The notes under the pieces were generated by a model. That model was not told where the DNA came from, did not search any database, and worked only from the letters and a program-made list of their open reading frames with translations. DNA of 64,000 nucleotides from positions 1,734,423 through 1,798,422 of the forward strand of contig CAJINV010000015.1 in NCBI GenBank assembly GCA_905178155.1. The letters are read 5' to 3'. The stretch's first letter is position 1. Each line of letters starts with the position of its first letter. Made by a program: the position numbers and the translations under genes. Shown here in pieces: positions 35,501-47,416 of this stretch. The DNA is from Amoebophrya sp. A120 (taxonomy: Eukaryota; Protista; Dinoflagellata).

Positions 35501-36545
35501 CGACAGCTCGCGGACGAGAAGCGCTTCAGCTTCTGGAGCCGCGTCAAAAGATCGCGTAGTTGCAGCCGGCTCTCGGTCGTCCGCTGCGGGCAGACGCTTC
35601 GGCTGGCCTTCGACTCTTCCCTCCTCGAGGAGTAGCAGCAGCAGCACGAACTGCATGAGCAGACGCGGGAGCGTGCAAAGACGAGGAACTGATGGTTCCC
35701 AGCAGGTGGTCCAACAAGTCGCGGCTGGTGCACAGCCTGCTTGTAGAAGTTCTGTTGCCGCGCCATCGGCTCCTGTTGTAGCTGCACCTGCGCAAGCACC
35801 TGTCGTGACCGCAACTTCTGCTGTTGACCGTCGTGTTTCTTCGCCGTCCTCCAGCTCCTCGTCCGGAGATTCCTTCCTGCCAGTCAGAAGAATTCAAAGA
35901 CCTGCCAGCCCCCTGCGGCTCGCAGCCGCGGTTGGGATTGTGCCTGCGCAAGTAGGAGCTAAGGATGTTGATTCTACATCTGCGAAAGAAAAAATCTTAT
36001 CCCCTAACTCGAGGAAACTGGCGTATTTTCAGAAAATCGTCGATGACGCTGTAGACGCCAGGGATTTATCGTCCTCCAGCGACGAAATTTCAGCGAGAAG
36101 ACGGGCCGCGCGGCGACGGGGACCGGAGGCCACCAGCCGCTCCTTGCCCCATGCTGGGGCAACATCAAACACTTCTGGGGGAACCGCGTCGCGCCGAAAG
36201 CGCACCCCGCTGCAGTATTCACCGCCGAGTCCGCCGCGGGACGTTTCTGGTGGTTGCAACAGTCGGCGAAACAGAAGTCGGGCGCCGGCCGCAGCCCGTG
36301 CCGGTGGGAGAGAACACGCGAAAAATTATACAGGTTCTTGCTTTTTCCCCACGGCTGGTGCACATGGAACTGTGGAAATGGAAGGAAAGTTCAAAGGTAC
36401 GTTCACGGGCCGATTGCGCTTTGATGCAGCTTCGACGAGCGGAGCACAGGAAGATGGAGTTTCGTGCAGCGAGGAGTCAGAAGGCTCTTGGTTGTCGGTC
36501 AGCGCTCGTCCTGGGGCTTCGTCTGGGGCGTCGAGCTCTTCTTAA
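32544..36545 (+). CDS. Putative secreted protein (about 1283 aa), Ser/Arg/Ala-rich; one introner intron joins ORFs 32544 and 33345
   Basis: Removing 33193-33342 fuses the frames (KPPSLRQVFARVEVVFQ), matching the paralog's GPSLKQVASKIEVVFQ. Hydrophobic N-terminus. Confidence 0.8.
33193..33337. mobile_element. Introner family B
   Basis: DR gccgt/gccgt. Confidence 0.92.
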
Positions 36546-38378
36546 GGAAAATAAAGAGAGGTCGTGTGCAAGAAAGCGAAGTGTGATCATCATGAGTAGT
36601 GCATTGTTATGCTTTGGTTTTGATGCATTTTCTTTTTCATGCAACTTAGCATGGTATAGGTATGATAGCAGAGTAAGTAGAAGTTGCATTAGCATTTATA
36701 GGATTTTGATGACTGTGACTGTCAAGCTCAAGCCATTCGACTTTTGGTCTAGTAAAAAATCTGAATTAGAACAAACTGAATCTTGCATGTAGTAGCAGTA
36801 GACAACGATGGTGGACTTCCTAAATTAATGACATTGCTAGGACTCGTCTCTAACCCTCATGTCGACATCTATGGAACATTTTTCTTTGTTCCAAGCTAAT
36901 TAAGACGAACACAGACCTGTATAGAACCGAATTAAAACGTAATGTACACAATAACCGCAAAATCGATTTCATTTTCATCTATCTACCATAAAAACTCAAC
37001 AAACTGTTAGGCAGATGGAAAAGCGTCGCTGCCCAACTCCTCTACTGGTGATCCTCTCAACATTGACAGACGATTGGCAGCACGCTTTGCAAGTCTTCTC
37101 CATTTTTTTTTCGCGGCAGGCAGCGCAATACAGTGCAATAAGTAGAATGAGCCCCTATACTTACATGCATAGCGATAGCCACGTAGCTGTGCTGCGAAAC
37201 CTTGACAAATGACTTTATTTGATGCTTTATTTCTTTCTAGACAGGAACAGGTTGAAGGCTTCCGTTCAAGCGGAATTACAGCAAAACTGAGTAGAAACTC
37301 ATGAGGAGAATCTACGACGGTCGTGACGTTGACCATTTGAGTTTCCCTCGATTTGGTGGCACTCATGCGACGTGTGTGTTTCTTATCCTTTGCACCCTCC
37401 GGCGATCCTACCACATACTCATAGAAAATCAAACTGACAAGCACGAAAAATGAAATCGATCTGAAATGGAGAAGAAGCAGGACATCAAAGAAGAGCAAAT
37501 GTCGATCAAAGTTAGGTCTTTGAAATGAAATTCGAAACATTTCTGCAAATCGATTTCTCTTGTCGACTTTCCAACATGGCATTTACGAGAACAAAAAATT
37601 TATCCAAATTGAAATTGGAAGATCAAAGCTCATGCCAACCTCTCGATGCACCAAAATATTATAAATCTTCTTCTTCACACGCACACCGTCACCGCTAGCA
37701 ATATCAATAAATCAAAGACAGAAACAGGAAAACGAAAAAACAAGTCTCGTAGTAGAGTAGAAAACGCCGCATCCAACAAGCAAGAAGAAGAAAGAGGGGT
37801 TCTTGGTAAACCAACGCTTTCAAGGTTCGAAAACAAGATCAATTTCCGAAAAGTCAGAAAACTTCTGCAACCATTACCATTCCATTACCGTCTGCATTCT
37901 AAGTAAACATATTGCATCAACCTCTGCATCCTAGTAGTCGTGACGATAATTCGCTCAGTTTTTCATTTGCACAAGCAATTTACTGTTACTGCATACACCT
38001 AAAATTTAAATTTCATAGCAAAACAAATAGAAATACGCTGCAACGTTGCATCTGCAAACCGATTCTAACTTGCACATTCTCGGCGTGTTGTATTATTTTC
38101 TAGCGAAATTGATACGCATCAAGCGCATTTTTCTTAAATAGGAGATTTGAAAACAGCGTGAAGGCAAACTGGAATCGTGGTGGAGCACGAGTAGAAACCT
38201 GCACCTGCAATATCTCGTCGCACCTGCAACGACTTCCCCTGCCATCTTCTAGCTGTACTGCGTACTACTAGACACCAGCAAAGGTTGTAGTTCACCTCCT
38301 GCTCCCTGTACTACTCACTGTCTACTTGTTCAGTGCATCAATATTAATAATCGACTGTGCCCCAAGACGACCGCAAAA

Positions 38379-41300
38379 ATGGCTCTGTTCCACGGTAACA
38401 CTTATTTCCGCTGCACCACGGCCGTCGTCGTCTTATCCTCGTTCTTTACCACCGGCGCGCCAGCGTCGCAGCATAGTTCTACTTCAGGAGTGCACGAGCC
38501 GGAACAAGCGGAACTACTACAACCTCCATACGAGGAGAGTCAAACGACCTCTCGTTTTGACACAACGAACGCGCCGCATTTGATCAACTTTTTCTACCGG
38601 AAAGATCTCTACACAACCCCCGAAGATAAAAAAATCGGCCGAGAGCTCGTTGCGGCGGCGAAGGCTTTTCCGAGCAGCTCGGCTTCCACTGAGAACCTAA
38701 AACGGTACAACGCGCCGGAGGAGTTTGACATCCGCTCTTCGGCTGAAGATGTGGTTGATGTGTCTGGAAGTAGTCGTCGTGAAAAAAGGACGCAGGAACA
38801 AGATGCCCCTCTGACCCCCCTGTGGGCGGTGAAGGAAGATTTCTCTTTGCAGTCCTTGGTGAAAATCCTGAACGAAAAGGTTTTCCCGAGTACCCACCGT
38901 CGTGGAAGAAACAATTTGGAAGCGATCGAGTTCCGCTTTTCCTGGTATCCGAGGGACGATTTCGCCGAGGTTGCGTGCTTACCGCCGGAAACAGGCCCGG
39001 TTTGCGCGGAGTCGAGTTACGTGATTGTGGAGAAGATTTCGCTTCTGGAGGCGACAGTACACAGTACGACGTCTGCTCCAACTGCGGGAACGTTGGCCAA
39101 GCGTTTGCACGCGGAGTTCGTCAGTTTGGGAAAAAATGGACCGTCGCTGAAGCAAGTCGCATCGAAAATTGAGGTGGTGTTTCAGGCGATTGACATATCA
39201 ATCGGAGCTGCTGGTGGAACCGTTGTTGTGGGGACGCAGACAAGTGCTGGCGCTGTTGTGCCACCTGGTGCCGCTGAGGGTGCAGCTGACCAGTCTGTAT
39301 CTTCCTCTTTCCGCCCGCCCGTGGTTCCTTCCCGGCCCCGCCGCCATAGCAGCCCGGCGACCCGTGGACAAGTTCTTGCGCAGCAGCAGGAACCTGTGCC
39401 TGTAGTTGGGGAGGAGCTGAGTGAAAAGGACCCTCTCTCTAATGTTATCCGTCGCTCCACCTCCTCCTCCCTGCGCAGCAACAGTCGCGGAACGCCGCGG
39501 TCGCCCGCGATGCCTTCGATTTCCGAAGAGGATAGAGCCGCGGCAGTGGCGGGAACAAGAAACCAACGTTCTCAAAATCCTACTTCTTCGCGTGGTGACC
39601 ACAGCCGGGACCAGTCCTCCGACCGGGATAGGAGTAGGAGCAGTTCCGTCTCTGTTTCCGAGGGGATTGAGCTCTTCTCGCAGTACAAAGTTCCCTCCAT
39701 CGCCGGGTCGCATCGGGGCAAGGGAAGCGTTTACGGCGACGAGGTCGTGCCGGAGGTGACGGTCGGGGGGCCGAGGCCGAGAATGTGGAACAAGTATCCG
39801 TCGAAAGAAAGTGAAACAGCGGAACAGAGTCAGGGTGGTGCACGTACTACGTCGAGCATCGCTAGTTCTTCTGGTGCAAGAACTTCCGCTGTTCCTGCGG
39901 GAGGAGCTGCGACCAACCCTGTTCGTCCACAACAGTTGCAACAGGGCCAGGTCGCGGAACAGCAACCGACTCTATTACCTTCCGATGTAACATCCATCGC
40001 TGAAGCTTCCGGAGCAGCTGCGACGGGGGGACAAGCTCAAGCTGCTTTAGCTGCAAGTACAGCTGTTGAGCAACCAACCGCGCCGGGCGAAGGTGCACCA
40101 GGTGCAGCCTTGCTTCCAGGTCCACCGCGCCAAAGACGGTGGAGTAGACGGCTTGGCAAGAGCGTTGCTGGGTCTGAAGGGTCCGAAGCCGGGTCGTCCG
40201 CTTCTTCGTCGACTTCCAGGCATGATAAAGAGCGCAGCAAAGACGAGCTTGTAGTTCCCATCGCAAAAAAGCGCGCTGCTGATTTGGTGGATCATCATGC
40301 CGCTTCGGCGGGCAGCGACAGTTCTGCGCCGGCAGTAGCCTCAGCACGTGGAGGCTCAAGCTCAACAGCCGTTCTTCCTGCGCTGTCTGTCGCAAGAACT
40401 TCTACCGGGGATGTGGTACTTGGCCAGCAGGAGCAAGGTGCTATCAATGTAAATGTGAACGAAGTAGAGGGCGCGACTGTGAACCACGGCAGCCCCGCTT
40501 CCAGTTCGTCGGCAAAGTTCACTGCGGCGCAACAGGAAGAGGCGGCGCCGTCCTCGGACGGGGAACACAGTTCGGGCGCTACAGTTCCTGCTTCGCTGTC
40601 CGTGGATCAGGACCAGGACCGAGAACAGGCATCCTCTACTGACCAGGATCGAACCGCCGGCCCTGAAAGGCTCTATAATCTGCCAGGGGGGACGCGAACC
40701 CCAGCTACCGCGTCGAGAAACACGGAAGCCTTTATCCTCTCCCCAGCTGGAGGTGCTCGCGCGACACCAGGAGCCTTAGGCTTAGATGCAACGGCCCTCG
40801 CTGACACAGCCAACGCAGAGACTTTTATGCTTTCGACCCCTGCGGGAGGTGGAGGTCCGCCGGGTCGTGCCCGCGCCGCTGGGATTTTGGGCGTAGACGC
40901 GACGGCCCCAGCTGATATGACGAATGCCGAGTTGTTTCGATTGTCAACACCTGCTGGAGCTAGTACTGCTGGAACTTTGGGTATGGATGCGCTAGCCCCG
41001 GCTGACACTATGAATACGCAGATGTTTATGCTTTCGCCTACTTCTGGAGGAGGAGGAGGCACAGCGGCGGAGGAGCACCAGCCGGACAATAATCGACAGC
41101 TGCCTTTCCAAACTCAGAGGTTTAACAGCCGCGACGTGCACGGTGGACTGGAAGCGCCCGCCAACGTCACGGCTGATGTGGGCCTTTTCACTTTATCCGA
41201 GGGTGAAACAGGAACCGGGAGTGGCACAGACGGGAATTCTTATGCAGCAGGAGTGCGGCCAAAAGCAAAAGCTGCTGCTGGACGTGGCGTAGCCCCCGCT

Positions 41301-44300
41301 GCCGCAGCTCCTGCTGTTCAGGCCTCCCTTTCCGATTGGTGGAACGAAAGACGGCCGGGTACTAGCGCGCATGTGCCAGCAACTGATGTGGCTGCACAGC
41401 CCCCAGTTTCTCTTTCTTCCGAGGGAGAGAATTTTAATTCTGGCCGAGGACACGACGGGATCGATGCCGCTGCGCCAGCTACAGGGACCGACTCGGACTC
41501 GACCGAGCTACGCAGCGATAGAAGCAATGGAACAAACTTGTTCATGATCCGGGGCGGGCCAAGGGTCGGTGCGAGTGCGACGAGCGGAGCACCATTGGGA
41601 GGAAGTAAACCAGTTGTACAGGTGCGCAGAACTGCTGCCGATCGCAGTGCATCCTCGAGCAGAAAAAGCACTAGCAGGAGGTCTGCATCCAGTTCCGCAA
41701 CTTCGCAGACACAAGGAAGCAGTACTAGACGGCTTTCCAAGACACGGACTCGATCGAAATCGACTAGACGGGAAAGGACTGCTTCTGGCGAAACTGGAGC
41801 AGCTGCTGCTTCAGCAGGACGAGCTTCTCATGCGGATACCGCTATTACACCTCCATTGGCTAGGACGGGCACTGAGAGTGCCCCCAATCTCACTGGCAAC
41901 GGCCACGAGTCACGTCAAACCAACCCGCAGCGGGGGCCGCATCACGTCGACGATTCTGACCTGGTGAACTTGCAAGAGATCCGTTCGAACCTACTTGACA
42001 TCCGAGGAAAGCTGATCGCGGGTTTGCCGGGAGCGAATGGGACTGGCCGCGGCCCGGCACCGAGTCCGAACACTGAAGGTGGTGGGTCGTCGTCATTTTC
42101 GAGTGGATCGAATTCTGCTGGCCCGACTTCGAGTCCTGCTGTAGTGGAGGGAGAAGAGGGACGAGGGGTTGCGCAGCAGGTAGAGGCTTCCCGCATCATG
42201 TCAGCAGGACCTCCTACCGGAAGAACCACGACTCCAGAGCCAGCTGAGGTTTTCGAGATCGTTGGCGACGATTCGCCTGTAGGAGCAGGAAAAGCGAAGC
42301 AGTCAGCAGCGCCGTCTGCTGTCGATGCCGGGAGTCAAACTACACAATCATTGGTCATGTTCGAGCGTGTTGACGATTATTCCCTGAAAATTACCCATCC
42401 CCATCCAATTTGTCATGCAAAACATACATAAAATCATGTGTTTGCCATGCAAAAAGTGGATGGGGATGGGTAATTTTCAGGGAATAACGATGCAGCTCCG
42501 GTTGATATGAAAGACAAAGATGTTGTTCCAGCAGCGCCGGAAGAAGTTAGTGTTGCAGCACCAGCTGCGCCAGCTGCTCCTGCTGTAGAACAGCCGTTCA
42601 ACCCTCCCGCGAGAAGAGCGCTACCCGCGGTTCCGACTAAGATCAGCGAAGCTGCGTCGGCAGCATGTTCTGCTAGTTCTCCTGCTTTCTTGCAGTCAGA
42701 CACGACCGGCTCTAGTGTTGCGCGGCCACAGGAGCAGGAGCAGGATTCTTTGGTGTGCGGTACGGATACAACAAGGTCAAGGAGAGATACAACTCGCCAT
42801 CGTCGCCTGACCTTGACCCGCGAACCCCATCACGGAGATATCTGGGATCAGCACCGCGCGCAGTTACGCCGCGGTGAGCGTGATGTAGTAGCTCCTGCGC
42901 AACAAGGAAGAAGTCGCGCTGGTGCGGCTCAAGATGAACAACAAGCACCATCGAGCACAGTTGTGCAGCATCAGCCTCCGAGCAAAGCGATCGGAAGGAG
43001 CTCTTCTACCGCTGCGATTGAAACAAGAAGTAGAAATACCGCTCGTAGTACTGCAGTCACTACAGTCCCCCGCAGACTGCCCTCCCCTCCTGCGACGTGG
43101 CCGCCGCCGCGAGAGGGAGTTGACGCGCCGAATCCTTCCTCTGGAATTGGAAGTCAGAGGAGCGACAGCCCGCCAGCTCGGCTTGCTAGTACCAGAGACG
43201 GTGAAGACTTGGTACAACGCATGACAGATTTCAAGCGAAAAACAGTGGAAAGAGCGAGAGCGGCTTCCTCCGGTGCCATCGAAGCGGGACGTCGAGGAGG
43301 GAAAACAAGTCGGCGTGGGGAAGCAGCGTTTGTCCTTCACCCCCCCGCGCCGACACGCCTGCCCGCGGCCCCGGTGTCCACTGGTACTGCGGATCGCTTG
43401 AGAGGTCGAGGTAGCAATGGGCCACGGCAAGAAGTTACTGAAATGTTTCCGTCCTCCAGGCCAGCTCCTTCTACAACAACTGGAGCTAGCGCAAGAGGAC
43501 GCTCCAGCACGGGGCGGGACCAACATGCGACAAGAGGAGCTACTTCTTCTGCAGCAGATCGACAGACTCAACAGCAAACAGGGCCTCCTCGGGGCCAGCT
43601 CCAGCACCAGAGGGACTACAAAACTGAACCTCGTGCAGTCAAAGATCCATCCTCCGACTCTGACGAAGATCTTCACGATGTTGGCCTTCGCAGTGTCATT
43701 CCGCCGCGGCAGCAGCGGTTGAGCGACATTTTCCACCTCCGCGAAGCACGCAGGCGCGGGGAAGAACACAAGAGCAAGTTCGGTGCCGGTGCTGCTGGTG
43801 GGGCGAGCTCGTCCTCGGGACCACTTGCGGGAGGTCGTACAACTGTTCCTGCTCCAGCCCGCCGTGCGTCCAGTGCCGCGGCGGTGATGCACGACGCCAG
43901 ACCAGCAGACGCTTCGTCTGTCTCGACCGTTCAGGCGGACCACGAGCATCAAGCACCTGCTAAAACAAATCCCTACCAGACTCTAGTCGACCGCGTTGAA
44001 GAGGAGGACACGGTTCTGCAAGGCGATCTTTCCTCCCTCTCCCCGCCGAAGCCGCCCAGAAGGAGCCTGATGGAACGGGCGCTGTCCCAGCCGGGAGTGA
44101 AAATTCAGCACCCGCCGGAGCACAAATCGTTGGTGGACCGGTACCTAGCGATGGGACCAACTCCGATCTCGCACCCGCCGGGAAGTTCAACGTTGGAACA
44201 GGCGATGAAGCCGAGAAAAAGTTTGGTCGAGCGGTATCTGGAACAGCCGGCAGAACCGATGCAGCACGCACGACCGGAGAGAGGGAGTTTTGCTGCTGGC

Positions 44301-45818
44301 GGAGGTGGAGGACGAGGACCATTTTCGTCGGGAGTGGGAGCAGCGGGTGCGGGTCCTAGTAGCAGCGGAACACCAGCACCAGCAGAGGGTTCAGCTACAG
44401 GTACTACAGATGGTGCAAGTAGCTCCACACCTGGGGCAGCAACTCTTTCTGATCCTGCCAAAGCAGCTACGAAGCCTCGTCGCTCCAGCTCGTCGAAAAG
44501 CAAAACCAGGATCATTTTGGTGGCTGAGCCGCAAGTAGCACAGGGATATACCCATCCGCAGTCCGACGCGGAGCAGACTCAAGGAGCTGCTAGTGGTAGT
44601 GCTGGCCCCGCATCACAAACTTCTCAGCAGCAGCCGGATTTCAACGATCCAGAGTGGAATCCGTGGTGGGATGACGCACTGGAGATGATCGACCAAAACA
44701 GCAGACGCAAGCGCTTCTACCGCTGCACCAGCGCACCGGATCTGAAGAAGCCGGAGGTGAGGTCCGCTTCCGCCGGAGCGGGGGCAGCCGCGGGGGCTGG
44801 AACGGCTGCAACTACACCAATTAATACGGTTCGTGGTGCTGGTAGTTCCTCAGCTTTAGGAACAACTACTTCTTCTACGCCTGGAGCTGCGTCCTCCGGT
44901 AGTCGTGCCGGCAATAAACATCCCCGCGATGTGAGCAGGCCCCGGGTGCTGTTCCAAACGCCAATTTCCACTACTGGTGGCGCATCCTCGTCGTCTTCAA
45001 GTGGTGCGGCGGGCACGACAACGCCTCCAAATTCATTTACTGGTGCGAGTAGAAGATCTGGACGAGGAGAAGATCATAGAGCTGGAGATGACATCTTCAG
45101 CACGCCATTGCCTGGTATTGGTATTGGAAGCGGCCGCGCTCCTTCTGCCGCGACGCCATCCACGGCAACGCCGGGTGGAACAACAGCAGCTGGTGGTAGC
45201 AGTTCCAAAAGGCAGGCTGCACCGACGAGAGATGCCATCAAAGCGTCATTATTCCACGGTGCCCCAGCTGCAAATCAACCACAACCTCCCTCCTCCAGCC
45301 GGAGAAGCTGTAGTACGCCGGGGATGACCACGACCAGTTCCGGATCTGCGTTGCGCGACTGGGAAAGGCATTGTCAGAAACAAGGTGGCGCAGGAGCTTC
45401 AAGCGCAACTGGGCTTCGGCGACAGAAGAGCAGTGCTAGTCTGCATGACAGGTCTGCTTCGTTGAAGCAGACACAAGGCCCAAACACGCCCTTCGTTACG
45501 CACATGACTTTTAAGGGGGAAATTCATGGGAAAATGAAATTCAACGCCATTATGCAGCAACCAAACCCGGAGATGGATGGGCCAGCGGAGGTTGGGCAAT
45601 CTTCAGGCTCGGCGGCTTCTGGTGCAGCGCCTGCTGCGGCTTCCGGTCCTGCTGGTGCAAAGTCTCAGCAGTCTTCTGACGACTCTGGCTCCTCATCTGA
45701 CACTGTGGAGGACGAAGCTGCCAGAGCGGCGCGGATCCGAAGGGAATTGCTGGCCCAGGGATATACGGAGCAGAGATTGGATGGCATGTTGATTGCAGAG
45801 TGCGAATGGACGGATTGA
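38379..45818 (+). CDS. Putative secreted protein (about 2441 aa), paralog of 32544..36545; one introner intron joins ORFs 38379 and 42507
   Basis: Removing 42378-42491 fuses the frames (RVDD|AAPVDMK). Shares the N-terminal domain, the ELFS.Y..P.IAGSHRG.G.V.GD..VPE.TVGGPRP block and a C-terminal FKG...G...F.A motif with the paralog. Confidence 0.8.
42378..42486. mobile_element. Introner family J (smallest element, 109 bp)
   Basis: Perfect TIR tattccctgaaaattacccatccccatcc; DR acgat/acgat. Confidence 0.93.
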
Positions 45819-47416
45819 TACCGCGAAAGACTTGCAGACTGAGAATGAATGGACGGATTCAACAGATCGTGAAGGAACAGGAAGTACTTACATTTCTTGC
45901 AGCAGCAGCCTTGTTACTCTTTAGAAATTCATATTTGTTGTCGACTAGGTAAGTAAGATCACCACAAGAAAAGAGCACACAACAACGATAACGAACTTGA
46001 AATTTTGGAATTGATATTCAGATGGCGCACAATTAAGTACGAAATTGTGTCGATAAAAAGTTTTGATGTAGTCTACTTCAGCATAAATCACATGATAGTT
46101 GTCTTGCACGAATCCATCCTAACACAGCCCGAGGCTGCTTGAGTAAATTAATTACAAACTTCCAGCTGAAGATCGAGCGCTTCATCATGGGAATGACTAC
46201 CTCGTTCTCAAAGCCTCGTGTTTTTTTCAGCTTGGACAACCGCGATTCTTTTTTGCTTGTATTTCTACGGGGGCCTCATCCCGGTAGGCGAGCAAGACGG
46301 AAGGCGGTTGAATTAAAGACTTTTATACTTCAGACTTCCTAAATTCGCATTGCAACTACACCTTTTGCTGCATCTAATAGGACTCGTCTTGCACACTAAT
46401 TAGATTTTTCTCATCACGACCCGACTGAAAATTTCTATTTGCGGTCGCTTACATATAATCGGCATTTTTTTGGTCTTTCCGAAAACCGATTACGCCATCT
46501 TCGCAGCTAGACATGTAGTAGAAGACGTACTTCTCACTAGAACATTTACTCATGAATCATACTTTCGTGGCGGTTTAACCGCTATCGCTTTAAGAAGAGT
46601 TTTACTTTTATCGTCACAGTTTTTTCCATCTTCCAGCTGATGTTGAGCATGAGCACACCAGTCACATAGCAAGTCAAAATAGCTGAAACAAGTCCAAGTA
46701 AGTAAGTAGTCCATAGTACGCTCAAAGTAGTTTTAGTTTTTCTACTTTGCAAGAGAAATGCTTTCGCTTTCCACCTATGAAGCATCACTGCGAGGACCCA
46801 CTGTTGCGGTTCTTTCTTTCTGCAGAAATGCAGAAGGTTTCGTGCAAAAACAAAATAAACACCGAGCATCGTGTTCTACCACCATCTCCTGTGTAGGAGA
46901 AGATCAGATAAAACCATGTCATCGTGCAAAGGAGAGTGAACAATTACTTGGCGTCTACTGCAACATCAGTCCAGCTTCGGTTTTCGTTCTTTTCCATGCA
47001 AAAGATTACGTCCATATTGGTCTACTTGGTCTTGTACATTACGTCCAAAAACAAGAAGACCGCCACATCTACTTGTCGTGCAAGAACTGTTAATCGAGCG
47101 TGCCCTGCTGCAAATCGTTTTTTCTTCGTCCAATGTCTCCGTTCTCTTCAATCACTCAGTAGCAGTACTTGTTCAAAGTGAAAATGATTTATTCCAGACT
47201 CAAATCTAAATCTTCCCCGCAGAGACTCAAGCCAGAATTGCAACCCATACTCATCGCAAGAACGCATCATAAATACATTTTGCTCATTGTTGTGTCTGTT
47301 GTTCGAACATCTACATCGTTGTAAAAACATTTTTGTGGCGCTAGAAGGCGGACAGCTAGTACACAGTTTTGGATTTTAATCAAAACCAATCAAGCAACCC
47401 CCACCAAACCGAAACC

